A stretch of DNA of 64,000 bases from Tubulanus polymorphus. Taxonomy: Eukaryota > Animalia > Nemertea. A program made the translations under genes and the position numbers. This document shows, piece by piece, positions 1-13,885 of the stretch. The DNA is taken from NCBI RefSeq assembly GCF_964204645.1, contig NC_134027.1, forward strand, positions 14,788,485-14,852,484. The letters are read 5' to 3'. The notes beneath the pieces are model-generated. The model worked only from the letters and a program-made list of their open reading frames with translations. It made no database searches and was not told the DNA's origin. The number at the start of each line of letters is the position of its first letter. Within the stretch, counting starts at the first letter, position 1.

Positions 1-165
1 AACACCCCTAGATTATTAATTACTTTACTAGGTAGAATCTCATCATCATCAATTTGCAAAACAATATCACTCGGTAATTTCTTGCGAGCTTGAGGGGACG
101 CCAGTACAGCAAAGTGAGTTTTATCGCCATTTGCCTTAAGTTTTTAAGGAGAAACAAGTAAAGCG

Positions 166-934
166 GGGTCTACTGTACATCAGCTGTTGACTTATTTCTC
201 TCTGGTTGAATAAAGTTATTACTGAAATAGCGTTCGTTTTATTCTATGTTTTAAAATTGTGTCGTTTGCTATTCTGCTACAAATTTCACAGTTGAAGTTC
301 ACTGGTGGCATCTGATTGCGTGAAATATAATCACTGCTATAAAAAGTCTTTTCTCGGTATCTGTATGTCCATCTAAGCAACTTGGTCTACGATTCCTCCA
401 TTTATAGATAGTCTAAAAATAAGAATTGATACATTTTTCTTACAGATGGTTTGTCATTTCTTTAAAAAACCTCCGGTCTCCAACAGAGAATATCACAGTC
501 GTCCATAGTCATGCGTGACATGTTGACAAAAGAGAAGTGGCAATCATAATCATATTTTATATACATTTGAAATGTTTAAATAAGATTTTTTTCGTCTTGT
601 AGAAGTCAACCACATTCTTGGAATATTCACAAAGTGTTTAAAAGTGGCTTGTACGGTTGTGAATGGGTTTTCATAGGTTTTCATACTCCTCACATACTGT
701 TTTATGCATGTCTCTATAACTAAATTAGGTAGAGACTAAAGCACGGTTCAGGACTCGGCAGCGTCCCCGCTCCTGAAAAAAAGTTCAAAACGTGTATTGT
801 CGGTTCCTAGCACGATTTCAGCGATTTTCGGGAATTCCCAGAAATTTCAGTGTTTTTCGGGAATTCCTTGAAATTTCAGCGTTCTTTTTTCAGCGTTTCA
901 GTGATTCAGCTTTTTTAGCGAAGTTCAGGAACCG
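166..934. mobile_element. Right part and right TIR of a non-autonomous TIR DNA transposon, same family as 53146-55513
   Basis: Colinear similarity to ~54285-55513, ending in the same terminus ...AAGTTCAGGAACCG; left end not identified (may lie outside the window). Confidence 0.8.
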
Positions 935-1039
935 CTTGTTCATGCTTTGTAAATACTACTTGTAAATACCACTCTATACATCTCGACCCAAAATGGTGTA
1001 ATTGGTACAATAAAGACTTTTTGCATTGAAATTGAAATT

Positions 1040-1730
1040 GAGATGCGGCAACACGTCAAAGGCCGTCTTGTCGTGAGGTGAAATAAACAACCAATATGGT
1101 TCGTCTTGGGAAACCAAACGATGCAAAGCCAAACAAACATTCACCAGCCGGACTCAGTGATACCAACGCTGGCATCGCCCTCTGTGTGTGCGGATGTTTT
1201 GTTTTTTGCATGCGTTCATTTGACCGGTTGATCTACGCATATCATTGGATCTTGCATTCAGAAAAATCGTTCTGTTTTTGTTTTTAAATTAAGCAGCAAC
1301 AGGGCATAACAGTTCACGCAAAAAACCACAGTCAGTCGAGATTACCCTAACAGTTTTACATCGTTGATACGAATCTTGCGTAGGCGAAAGTGCAGAAATT
1401 GTTGTATTAAATGAATTCCAAAGCTTGATTGATATAGATATCCAAGCTGGCACATGATGGAAACCATCAGAATAAACTAGCAGAAAGAACAGAATTGCAT
1501 TAATGAGGTTTAACCATGCAAATAGCCTAGGCTCGTTCGGCAGAAAAATGAAATTTTCAGCATAAATGGAAATCGTACTAACACAAATTGACCTCAAGTC
1601 TGTGGTCCTCCCAATCAACATCGTCATAAAACGTTTGCCGGTAGATGTAATACATCATGTAGATGTTATACACTTAATACCTTACCACAGTGTAATCTAC
1701 CAATGCTTCAAGGCCCATGGGCCTCTTGTA
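1040..1730 (+). mobile_element. Partial copy of the Helentron-like non-autonomous element at 33222-35381
   Basis: Similar to ~34770-35381; same 3' end CAATGCTTCAAGGCCCATGGGCCTCTTGT. Confidence 0.7.
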
Positions 1731-3757
1731 ATTCGAAAAGTTATTGTTAAATTCACTTCATGGGTGGCTAAGTTTCTCGTAACTCACCTGCTCTGCTACC
1801 AGTGAATCAATTACAAGCAAACGAGTACTGTATTTCCTGTCATTCTGTGTGTGGAATATATGCCTTGGGTTGTTCGGATAATGACAGGAAATATCTTATA
1901 GCATTAGATCTTTGAATTAAGGAAATGTCGATGGATGTATAGTATGAGAATTCTATTTGTGATGTGAAAAAGTCATAGCGCCAAATACTGTACACTTCAG
2001 CAAGATGATTTAGAATATTGCATTATTCAGATGTGAGTGAACGACCCTCGGATGTGGCTGTTGTTTAATACAACTATAATGACAAACCAAGTTCAAAAGA
2101 TTCGAATGTGTGTCCGATAAGGGGGTTTAGGTAGTTTTCTAATGGCTTTACACCATGCTGTAAATACACTGTTGATATTAGGGTTAGAGTAATCTCACAA
2201 AGTACAACCATACAATGACATACTATATGTTTTAGTGCAATCTCAAATCAAAGCTAAGCAGAGAAAAATCATAGGAAACTCGATCAACATGCATTAGAAA
2301 AATTATTACCACCATCAGCATAATAATGAATCGTATCACTACTCGCTTCAGACAATAATAATGATAATAATAATAATAATAAACATTTATAAGGCCCCTG
2401 TTTCTTAAAAGATAAGTTCACTGGCGCACTGCAATGGTTCATAGTCACTAAGGATAGGCACGTTGAAAGAGTAGATGTTTTAGTGAACGTTTAAACTGGT
2501 TGACATCGTGAATATTACGCAGGTGGTTATCAATGTTATTCCAAAGGGAAGCAGCAACTACAGTAAATGAACGTCCACCAAAAGTACTTGTAATGGGCTG
2601 GAGACAGTAAATTTTGAGATTATGATCTTAGTGCACGAACTGGATTGTACTGAACGAGTAGATCTCTCAAGTAGACTGGAGCCAACAAGTGGAGGCACTT
2701 AAAAACAAGGAGAATAACTTTGAACTCTATGTGCTGTTTCACAGGCAACCAGTGAAGGGACTTAAGCACAGGTGTTATATGCTCATATTTCTTTGTTTTG
2801 GTGACAATACGAGCGGCACGGTTCTGTATTAATTGCAGTCTGTAAAGAGAAGAAAAAGACGATCCTGTCAAGCATGCGTTACAGTAGTCAATCCTCGACA
2901 AAACTAGGGACTGCATCAACAGTTTCGCAGCCGCATCTGACAAGTAGTCCCGGATGCTACCTATCGCCCTAAGATAATAGGACGTAGTACAGACAACACA
3001 GACAACACAAGTCGTCAACACGAATACTACGTATGTTGATTGAACGCAGTATATGCATTGTTCCAAACAACATTGCCTCGAACTTATCCACATTGCACAT
3101 CAACTTATTGTCAATAAGCCACTTGTTGACTTGAGAACATGTAAGCTCGATAACATTAACTTGTCTACAAATGTCCAATGATTTGCTTTTGATTGCCATA
3201 TATGACCATCGTCCGCAAAACCATGACGTGAAACTTTGCTATCCTCAAATAACTGTACTAAGGGCAATATAAAAATGAGGAACAATAGTGGGCCAATCAC
3301 GGAGCCTTGGGGTACACCATACTCAATTTTGCAGAAATCAGAGTAATGTCCGTTGATAACGACACGATGCGTTCGATTCTCAAGATACGATATTAACCAC
3401 TGTAGTGCTGAACCACGAATACCGAGCACTACCTGAAGTCGATTTACAAGGATGAGATGGTCCACAGTATCGAAGCCAGCACTCAGGTCTAAAGGGACAA
3501 GTATCGCAGCACCATCAGCGTCAACCATGTTACGAATGTCACTTTTAACCTTGACAAGAGCTGTCTCGGTGCTGTGACAGGTTTAATACGCAGACTGGTA
3601 AATATCATGTAAATTGTTAGCATCCATATGAGCGGTTATACGAGCAGCTACAACACGCTCCAGTACCTTGGAGATAAACGGGAGGTTACTGACTGGACGG
3701 TAGTTTTTGAGAACGGAAGTATCTAAGCTCTGTTTTTTAATGAGCGGGGTTGTCAAC

Positions 3758-5069
3758 CGGTGTTGTCATATCGCGGAAAGACGGAATCGCGGAATCTTCC
3801 AAAAACGCGGAATTTCTTCATTTTTACTTTAAATAGTAAACGGGTTTTCCCACGGGGATACCCACTGTCGGACAGGGCACCGGACCGATCGATGCAACGA
3901 GTTAGGTTCGAATCCCATTATTTGCAGGCAATTTTATATGGAATTATTATATTACGATACCGTTGACTGGGCCAAATTCGGTTTTCGTATCTAGTCGACT
4001 AGTGGTCAGAACTAATAACCGAATGCGCTTGATTTTCGAACTATTTCCGGAATATAGTTCTGACTATCGGACATTCGGTTTCGTTTAGTTCGACTAACTA
4101 TACTCGACTAACTCAGATAACCGAAGGTGGCCCTGGCTGCCACCTGTAGAAGAAGTCAGAATCAAGTGGGGTGAAAGAGACCAGGCACCTAATGTCTATT
4201 TCTACTAGGCAAACTTCAGTTATCGAAGTTCATCGACTTTTTGAGAACTTCAGAAACGAATATTATCAGATAAATATTGGGCACGTTCGCGGTGTCGGAC
4301 CGTAGTTGTAGATGGTTGCAAACATGAAATCCTACGACCAAACAAGTACCGGTTCAAATTCCTTTATAAATTATAATTTTACGGCCGTCCAGTACCGGTA
4401 CCAATAAGATTCTTTTGATCCAAATAATCAGCATAGGGACATATATGTTATAGCAGTCACAAAGTAAACATTGAAAAAACGAAACCATTTTATAATCTTT
4501 CATATCATTTAATTCTAAAAGATAAACCACATTCGCTTATAACAACAATGTAGACACACAACACGCATTAACAATCCTAAGCCAGAATGAAATATACATA
4601 ATGTCTATTTATTTTCGTCTGACATCGATCCAGTTCCACAGTTGTGAGTTAACTCTCAGTTTCTTAGAATCAATTCATTTCCAATGTTTTAAATCCAGAG
4701 ACCAGAGTCAAATCTAAACTCGGAAATGAGTCCTGGAGAATGACCCATGGTGTCACCACAAATCCTACGTTTACGTACCATCGATCTGTATTCCTTCAGT
4801 TAATGCAGCGATACTCTGTATCACTGAATTCGCAAAGCACGTATTGCCTAGGTTCTCCATTATTTGGAACAGTATCGTTAAGTTGTTGACTGGCGATAAA
4901 ATAAATTATCAAATACTAATTCCCGGTGTTGAAAACCTGGGTCCGGTGCCCTGTCCGACAGTGGGTATCCCCGTGGGAAAACCCCGTTTACTATTTATAG
5001 TAAAAATGAAGAAATTCCGCGTTTTTGGAAAATTCCGCGATTCCGTCTTTCCGCGATATGACAACACCG
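3758..5069. mobile_element. Non-autonomous TIR DNA transposon with ~130-bp TIRs and 9-bp TSD (Mutator-like)
   Basis: TIRs CGGTGTTGTCATATCGCGGAAAGACGG.../...CCGTCTTTCCGCGATATGACAACACCG; flanks GTTGTCAAC/GTTATCAAC; removing it restores the LINE frame MKTALIT-PLIKKQSLD. Confidence 0.88.
3970..4132. mobile_element. Harbinger/Tourist-like MITE nested in 3758-5069
   Basis: Termini GGCCAAATTCGGTT / AACCGAAGGTGGCC with CTG on both sides; partial copy at ~41000-41060. Confidence 0.65.
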
Positions 5070-6959
5070 GTTATCAACGCAGTCTTCATAGACACGGGAA
5101 CGTATCCTTCCAACAACGATCTGTTAATAATGTCCATATAGAGAGGAATGACAGCACGTATGATGGCTTTCAGCATCCAAGTAGGCAAAGCAACAAGCTC
5201 ACATGACTTACATGGCGATTTCCCTATTATTGATATAAGCTCTTTCTCCAAGACTGGCTCAAATTCCGCTAGCTCACAATCTCCGAAATGCATCGTTTCA
5301 GGACCCAAACACGAGTCTGGGAAAGATAGTCTAATCCTCTCAATTTTGTCTAATCCTCTCAATTTTGTCAGCAAAGAAAGTTGCAAATCTATTTGCAAGT
5401 TCTTCCCAATCATCACTATCTGGCAGCTTTCTACTAACATCTTTCAGAAGAAGTTCATCAAACACTTTCTGCATAGCTTTTCCATCCGAACCTGCATCAC
5501 TAATCCTGGTATTGTAGTACTGCCTCTTGGAATGCTTTATAAGATTATTATAATGTAATTTGGCAGTATGGAAAATTTCGTAGTGAATTGTTTTGTACGA
5601 TCTGTTACCAGCAGCTTGCGAACTGGTGCATGCTTGTCGATAATGCTTCGGATAGCATTGTCATAGTACTGAACTTGCATGGTGAGGTCAGTGCCATCAG
5701 CAGGAGGTAAAACTAAATAAACGTCCTCCTTGACCCTGTCAAGATCAACAGTCTTCAGTTTTCGGACTGATATTTCTCTCTTCGTTGATGACGGTTTTCG
5801 CATTGGAATCATACAAACAATGAGGTGATGGTCAGCGACCATATCCCCTCTGCATATCCCCTTGATAGTACTACTATTCCCAAAGGTTATAACAGCATCC
5901 AGGGTATGTCCGGATTTGTGGGTCGGAAATGTTACTAATTGCTTAAGCCCAAAAGATTCCAATAGCTCAATGAATTTGATCGTGTCCGCTGAATCATGTT
6001 TTTCAAAGTGAAAGTTTACATCACTGACTATGATGAGTTCGCCTGCGTGTGATACTAGATCAACTAGAGTTGGTGTGAATTCCTCAATGGACACTGTAAA
6101 CTTGTTTTTCCTAGATGGTGGTGGTCTGTAGACATTGACTAAATTCACAATACGTGAACCAAATGAAAATTTAATCAGACATGCATCACAGGAAGTCTCA
6201 GATATGCAATTAGCTTTCTGCTTAACAGCGAGAGACTTTTTAAGCAAAAATCCGACTCCATCATATCCTAGATTTCCACTACGTGGGAAGTTGATGAACT
6301 CAAAACCTGGAGCATTCAGAGCATTCACATAACGATTGTCTTTCTCAGATGATGTTAACCATGTTTCATTTAAGCCCAGAATGTCAAGGTCGTAGTCTTC
6401 CACTTCAATTAGAATTTGGTCATATTTATTTGTAACAGACTGACAGTTTAGAACACCAAGCGTTAATCCTCTAGAACTAAGTCCCCAACTAGTTCCAGGG
6501 CCACGCTTGTTGGGCCTCGTTGAAGTTTGTTTATAAATATTTAGCTCTCTCAGTTTGTATTCAAGACTGGGGTCAACTGGTGCGGAGTGATTTCTATAGT
6601 CCAATAAGTCAATCACTGAATATGAATGCATTATCACCAGCCATACAATTGTGAACAGCTGATATATCCACCAATGCATGAGTATTGTAGTACTAGTAAT
6701 TTCTCATTGAAAATCCATGTTTGAATGTCAAATTCCACAAAAACACCAGAAAGCAGATATCAATCATCAGAAGAAAGTCATGTAGATAATAACCATGCAT
6801 TCACAAAACAACACCACAACAATGCTAGTGACTACTACAAGTAGCTCCTAAGAAAATTAGCTACTGTTGAGGAGAAAGTAGGAGCAGCACTCCAGCGCTA
6901 CACTACTGCCCTCTACACGACAAGGCTGGTGAAAAGTGCTCAAATCTTACGGAAGAGGA

Positions 6960-8000
6960 ATAGCCCTAGGATTTCAGAGATAACAATCCCCGGTGTAGAA
7001 CATATCGTAATTAGTCATAGAATCTTTCAAGCGGTGGGTATGTAGATAATTTACCCTGCTAAAATTGGTAAAATTGCTAAAATTGGTCTTCTCCAATGAC
7101 AATGTCATTAACGTTTAAATTATTAGCTGCTTCGATTACACATTGTAAAATGTTATTAAACTTGAAAATATTATTCAGGTCGTGTTCCCTGTCACAAGGT
7201 ATATACATGCCAGCCAGCAACATTTGAAAATTGTTAAAGCAGATTAGGACTATACATGCTCTCGTGGAATTAAGATCAATTTTCACGATTTCACAATTAC
7301 AGTTCGTCGACCAATAAAGGAGCGCCCACCATAAGGCCTGCCATGTATTTCATCATTAGACATACTAGAGATACTATGTGACTGAGCGTTTTCCAATTCA
7401 TTATCAAAAATTTGTAAAAGTCCCTGACCTAGCCAGTGCTCTTGGATTAAGAGCAGATCACAATCATTGTTTAGCTGTCTTATATAATCTAATTATCAGA
7501 ATTGAATCATTGTATATTGTATGAGGTGATTTTCAACGAGTTAAGCATGACATAAAGAAAGAAGCAGTAAAGAAAGCTATAAATATCCATCATTATTAAT
7601 CGTGTGTTATGCGTTTGAAATGGTATTGTCGTATCTTCACTCCGTTAGGCCAGGGATTCACATCAAATAGATTGTTGAATTGAAATTTAGAAACCCAATA
7701 GAAACCCTGAATTACTTAAATGTAGCCTCAACATGACAGACGGCTTCTGCCTGAACGTTTTTCTATAAACAAATAAAAATCTGAGAGGCTCCGGTGCTCC
7801 AAGTGGTGTTGTTAGCATTATTTTCCATCAGGGCAACCTTTATCGTCGTATCAAGAGGCATGACTATACACTGAGTTTTTACTGGGCATTCGAAATATTT
7901 CTGGTTCTATTTTCTTATCGGAATTTTAAAAATTCTTAGCGTTATCGGTAACTTGCGTTTATGTTTCAATTGCCTTGGAAAATAAAAGGCAAGCGACTGC
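6960..8000 (-). mobile_element. Degenerate 5' fragment of another LINE (ORF1 end and start of APE domain)
   Basis: GRPYGG and YIPCD motifs at ~7190-7345; WPNGVKIRQY ORF1-type C-terminus at ~7625-7655. Confidence 0.55.
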
Positions 8001-8228
8001 AGTTCGAAGTCGCGTTGTAAATCCAGCAAAAAGCACCATTTCTAGCCATTGTGGTGCGACCTTCACGCGTCGAAAAGTCAACGTTGTAGTCAACACCGGT
8101 CAATATAATGCGGGAACTGCGCTCCTAGCAATTACAGGATAGCATTGTGTAGAACTAGAAGTTTAGTGCGTAGACTTGGGCACACACCAGATTTGCAAGA
8201 GTAATATCACGGAATTATAAAATACCAA

Positions 8229-10400
8229 TTGGAAATAGAATTCATAGAAAAAAGTTCCCGATCCATACATGATCAGTGGAAAGAGCATTATATTCCACAT
8301 CACGCGGTCTTGAGACAGTCGGCAAGGACTCCAATTCGTATCGTATTTGACTCTAGCTGCCGGCAGTCTGAAGATTCGCTTAGTTTGAACGATTGTCTGG
8401 AATCGGGTCCTGCACTGTTGACCGATATAAGTTCTATTATCATGAGATTCCGCATAACCGATTTAGAGAATTCTTTTTTACATGCCGGTCTACATCCTGA
8501 TGATCGCGATGGAACCCGGTTCTTTTGGTTAAGAGACCCCACGAACCAAGATTTAAAGGTGTGTTATTTGGTGCATCGTGGTTCCCTTTCATGCTAAACA
8601 GGACACTACTTTTCTTATTTGACTCACACTGATGGGTTATTTTTTATCAGATAGCACGTGATTATTACATGGATAATTTAGTTACAAGTCTCAACAATGA
8701 GTGAGATTTAGCATTATTTTACAAATCATGCAGATCTCTAAGAGCTGATGCTAATTTTAACTTCATAAGTCGGACATCTAATTCTCAGGTACTTAAACAA
8801 TTAGCAACGCGCGACGAGATTTGTGACGATTCTAAACTCGTTAAGGTTTTAGGGTTGATATGGAACCCCGAATCTGATACTCTGAGTTTTCCTGACCGTC
8901 GTATTTCTAACGATTGTCCACGAAACGCCATATCTTGCAAAGGTCAACTTCAATTTTTGATCCCCTCGGCGTTATTTCGCCAATTACTGTTCGTTCAAAA
9001 ATATTGTTGCAAAAGCTATGGAAAAAATAACTTCGAATGGGATGAAAATTTCTCATCTGATCTTTGCCAGGTATGGGATTCAATAACCAAATCTAAACAT
9101 AGCATTAGAAATGCAGTTTTCTCAAGGCTGTTTTTACAAGGCGACTGGGTGGATATCTTATCTCAACCAGAGTTGCAAGACGCAAGCATCCAAGCTTACG
9201 GTGTTTCAGCTTATTTAGTAAGCGGGTCTTAAACTGCTTTTGTAATGACCAAATCTCGCGTAGCGCCCGTTAGAGAATTTACTATACCAAAACTTGAATT
9301 GTTAGCGGCGATTATTGGCGCAAGATGAGCGAGCCATACTAAGTCGTCTATCGAAGCGGCAATACATCGACACGTCAAATTGAATATGTGGTCGCATAGC
9401 CAAATCGTTTTGGGTTGGCTTAAGTCCAGTGATCAGAAATCCATTTTCATTAAGAATCGTTGTGAAGGAATTAGGCATTTAACTGGGATAGAGTCGTGGA
9501 AGTTTTGTCCATCGTTGGATAATCCGGCGGATCTTACGACCAGAGGGATATCTCTCCCAAACTCAAAATTTGGTGATTTATGGCTCATGGGTCCTTCTAT
9601 TTACACGGAATCTTATATTTCATAGACATAACGACATATTCATCTTCGTCAAATTTACTGAATGTTACCGCTTACGCACTGAGATTTGTACACAATCTAA
9701 AATCTAGAAATGATGGCCGTTTGTTAGGTAGTTTAACTCCATCGGAAATTGTGTCCGCTGAATCATTTTGGATTAGATATGCCCAAAGGAAGTTCTTTCC
9801 TGACGTTCTAGCTAATTCGAAAACACCTCGTAAGAGAATGCAGATTATAACTCAGTTACAATTATCTCTAGATTCAAAAGGCATTGTTAGGTGTAAAGGG
9901 GGAATCCCGAATTCAGATTTGGACTATGAAAGTAAACATCCAGTTCTGATTCTAAAGAATTCCAATCTTGCTCGTTTGATTGTATAACAGGCTCATATCA
10001 GTGTACACCATTTTGGTGTTAGTTATACTGTAGCTAAAATCCGCGAAAGATTCTGGATTCCTCAAATAGGCGAGTACGTAAAATCGTGTATTCGCGGATG
10101 CATTGTATGTAAAAGGATCAGGGGTCGGTCTTTTAAACTGCATAGCTGTCCACCATTACCATCGCGTTGAGGGCTAGAAAGTCCACCTTTCTCCGTGGTT
10201 TGGATTAGTGCGGTCCATTCATTATCAATGATTGTAAAAAGTGTTTTTTACGTACACAGTGACCCGAGCGGTACATTTAGAATTGGTACCCTCTTAATCT
10301 TCAGACGATTTCTTCGTGTATTTAGACCAGCCAAGGAGACTTATTTCTGACAACGCTTCAACCTTTATCGAAGCTAACAATGACTTAAAAGGCATTATCA
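8229..10400 (+). mobile_element. BEL/Pao LTR retrotransposon pol fragment (RT, RNase H, integrase), degenerate
   Basis: YIPHHAV, RIVFDSS, SLNDCLESGP, DASIQAYG, KSRVAP, NPADLTTRG, HPVLI; many stops and frameshifts. Confidence 0.9.
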
Positions 10401-10429
10401 TCCGAGAGAGGTAATTATGGGTATAGAGA

Positions 10430-10550
10430 GGAAATTAGGACTGCAACTTAGAAGTGTCTTTCCCGAGGACACTACGGTTATGTACGGGGTTCGAAACCAT
10501 GACCTAGCCTTCCCAGAGTCGAACTCTCTGACCACTCGCCCACGCCGCCC
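10430..10550 (-). mobile_element. tRNA-derived SINE fragment
   Basis: Minus strand GGCGGCGTGGGCGAGTGG (A box)...GGTTTCGAACCCC (B box), followed by core-like AGTGTCCTCGGGAAAGACACTT. Confidence 0.6.
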
Positions 10551-11155
10551 GGTCCTGCCTATTTTTGCGTTCTTCGGTCCGAGTCAATTAACATTTGAAT
10601 GACTACATCGATTTATGATACCAGTACCGAAGCATCAGGACCCAAGGGCCGCTTGTCATTCTACTTTTCAACTTCGTGAATTTGCTCTGGACTGGGGGCT
10701 GGGGGCATTTCTGACACTCGAAATTGTTTACTTTGTCGTTATTGTCGTATTTCTGTATAACGTAAGCAAAATCTTTTAACAGTTCAAACGTGGGCTTTAA
10801 TCTACAATGTATATCCTAAGCTTCCTTGAATGTGCTCTGTTGTAATCGCCATTATCTTATTATTATTTCACGTAATGTATATGCCTAGGGTAGGTACATG
10901 CCTCCGTATACCCAGTGGCAGAAATCGTGAAATAGTGAGCATATTTCATTCTTTATTTCAATCAGGAAGTGCTCAGTTCACTTCAAAATGTTCAGGGGAG
11001 GAAACTGTGGTGTTTCGTACCTGTGGCGCTCGCCGATGGCAACTGAGTCGTAATTACGAGCAAAACGCGAATTTATTTTACGTCTAACCCTCCCCCGCCT
11101 GATACTTCGTTCCTACGGTACTGAAAAGTAAGTATTTGTAATTGATCAATTATAG

Positions 11156-11290
11156 TCTCGGAGAACAAGGTGTTATGTCACCCGGCATCAGTTGATTCAT
11201 TGTCAACAAGTGCTGGGACCGAAGACCATGTCAGTATGGGAGGATTTGCAGCGAGAAAAGCCCTAACAGTTGTTGAGCATGTAGAGCAAG
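11156..11290 (+). CDS. HAL: Histidine ammonia-lyase, internal coding exon
   Basis: AG/GT-bounded exon encoding (V)[44 protein letters not shown](V), the EDHVSMG region of histidases. Confidence 0.95.
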
Positions 11291-11360
11291 GTAAGAAACA
11301 TGATTTGGGATTGAGAATATGGCTATAACCATGTGTTTGAAATTGATTTTTTATGTTTAG

Positions 11361-11469
11361 TATTAGCTATAGAATTATTGTGCGCATGTCAAGCAATTGA
11401 GTTTTTACGCCCGTTGAAGACAACTGCGCCCCTAGAGGAAGTCTACAAACTTGTCAGATCAGTAGCTGA
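11361..11469 (+). CDS. HAL: Histidine ammonia-lyase, internal coding exon
   Basis: AG/GT-bounded, phase-compatible; (V)[35 protein letters not shown](E). Confidence 0.95.
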
Positions 11470-11539
11470 GTAGGTACTAAAATCGTGGAATTTGTGGCAT
11501 GTTTATGAATTGGTCATTTATATTATGCTTTGCATTTAG

Positions 11540-11609
11540 GGCGTGGGATAAGGACAGGTTTATGGCTCCAGACATTGATGCAGTTACAGAACTCATTCGA
11601 GGAGAAAAG
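11540..11609 (+). CDS. HAL: Histidine ammonia-lyase, penultimate coding exon
   Basis: AG/GT-bounded 70-nt exon; AWDKDRFMAPDIDAVTELIRGEK. Confidence 0.93.
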
Positions 11610-13885
11610 GTAAAAAACTGGTTTGTGTACGGTAAAAAAGGGAATTCGATTACCTAGTTTTGAACACCAACCAATGAATGATCGTCATTATTACGTTTGC
11701 GAGATATAAGGAGTTAAGGACTCTTAATCGAAGTAATGATCGTAGATCGTAGTCTGAGCCACGCTTAACATATAATCTTTATCTATACTTAATGTATTTT
11801 GTCAAAAGAATTTATCCAAACGACCGTCGTGAGATAGAATTGCAAATATGTAACCACCGCGATCTCATGTCTACCACTTTAATTCCCGTTAAGTTCGAAC
11901 CCAATTAAATGAAACAAGAAACGAAGTTCTTGATATGGACTCTCCTAAATTTACATGATGGTTTATGTTTAATCCCGTATCAAAATTAAACGTCAGTAAA
12001 CCTACTTTAGAGTTTAAGCATAAATAATTCATAATGATTCTCATTATCGGCCGACTCCTTATTGAGATTTAAGCCCACAGCACACGGCATAACAAAAAAC
12101 ATCGAAATTCAATGTCATCCACTGCCCATGTTATGCCAAATTTACTGCTTATTGCAGCGACATTTTAAGAAATGCCCTTTTCTATTGACACAATCTCCAC
12201 GAAGCCCTGAAGTATTAACACACATGGTGATTCATCATGAATATACATGGTAGTGGGTATCCCCAATCACTCAAATAGACAATCTCTCAACGTGCATGGC
12301 GTGAAACTGGATGCTGAACGATTTTAAGTTATTGCGTAAGCTACACTGTGAAGTTTGTTAGACAATCTATTTTTTTAAATTGAACACTTTCCAAGATTCA
12401 CTGCCTCCTTTCCCAAATCCACTGTCTTTTTTAAAATTCACTGCTTTTCACGGCCGTGAATCATTTTTTCAATTCACTGTTGTTCACTGATACTCCGCGT
12501 GGATCAGTGATACAGTGAATCATTTTGCAGTTTCCAAGGAAAGTTTAACTAGGCAACATGCGTTGCGCGCTTTTCTTGTACATGCACATTGTAGTTCCAA
12601 CAACAAATAAATAACTAAATTAAGAAATAAGCCACATTTAAGAAATAAGCAACGTATTCAGATGAAATTCAATAGGGTTAGAGATTGCATTACGGCATTG
12701 AATGTTTAGAAAGTTGCGGAGAGAAGCTAAGCCTTGCTCGGAAGTTAATTTGTATCAAATGATACAAGTTTCATACAACATGGATGTGATAGCAAAATGG
12801 ACTAAAGTCCATAAAAATGAACAACGAAAAGGCATTCCGACATCCGCCCAAATGGCTTGTAATTTATTTTTCTATAAACCGAGAACTAAATTTGAGCCGG
12901 CCGATTTTTAATTAACCGGGTATGTTCCCGGGTTAGCACCCGGCCGGTTATTAGAAACAAGGTATTTGGTTTTGGCCTTACGTACAAATACAAACAAACT
13001 GACGGATAAACACAACCTTTAGGCGGAGGTAATCAGTACACGTCGTGAAGGGCAATAAGAAAAGTTGCTTTCGTAATTCTTACTACTAGTACGTTCTTGT
13101 CTGACGGCTTTAACGTAACCCCCACGCATACGGAAACAACATTAAGAACATTTCTAAATACTACGAACATTTTCAAATACTACGAAAATCTAGCTGTGGA
13201 TCAATACTTACGTAGGTTAACACAAATGACGCCAATTGAAATGTATTTAAAACTTGATAAATCCGCGAAGTTAACTATCACGCTAGATAGGAGGACGACT
13301 CATGGAAACTGATGTTGTAGATGTTTAATATATCTAAGTTAATGAGTCAATCGAGCGTTTATAACAAATGATTTAGTTTACGCTAGCGTCAAAATGTAAG
13401 ATATCATTAATGTTACGGTACTGACTAATCTATTAGGGTATTGACAACAAGTTGGTACTGGCAGAAAGTTATTATGATGGAAACTTTAATTCAAACAATA
13501 TAACCAAAAACATGATAATTTGTTTTATCAGAAGCCATTTTATATACGCTACTGATCTATAAAGATGCAACCATTCTTGTAGACCTTGTAACTCGTTTAA
13601 ACCATTTTAACTCCCAACTGCATTGAATGTGTAAACATATAACAAAGCACTTATTTTGTTAACAAAAGGCACATATACCTCTGTTTTTAAACATTTTCCT
13701 TAACACCATTTCATAAAACATCATTATTAATATAATTTAATTCCGTTGAAAATTCAAATCAATAAAACAACATTTTCTAAGGTAGTAATAAACTTTAAAA
13801 GAAATATCAAACTGACGTTCTTTCATACGCAATCCAATATTATCTAACCTATCTTATGTTATCTATTCATTATTGTCAAGACTGG

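Larger units (their letters stand above)
2354..6900 (-). mobile_element. CR1/L2-group LINE, near full-length ORF2 (APE endonuclease + RT), degenerate, split by the insertion at 3758-5069
   Basis: APE motifs in ORF 5537-6679 (LNCQS, NETW, VYRPP, DVNFH, GHTLD, DHH); RT motifs DLSAGFDTVDH, GVPQGSVIGP, FADD; C-terminal HITPVLKSLHWLPV; (TAA)n tail at 2354-2381; 5' boundary approximate. Confidence 0.9.

Noticed and set aside
940-1805. Short ORFs here and many antisense ORFs over TEs (e.g. 20692-20883, 26793-27303, 60079-60399)
   Set aside because: No recognisable domains; they overlap repeats, TIRs or the opposite strand of TE genes.
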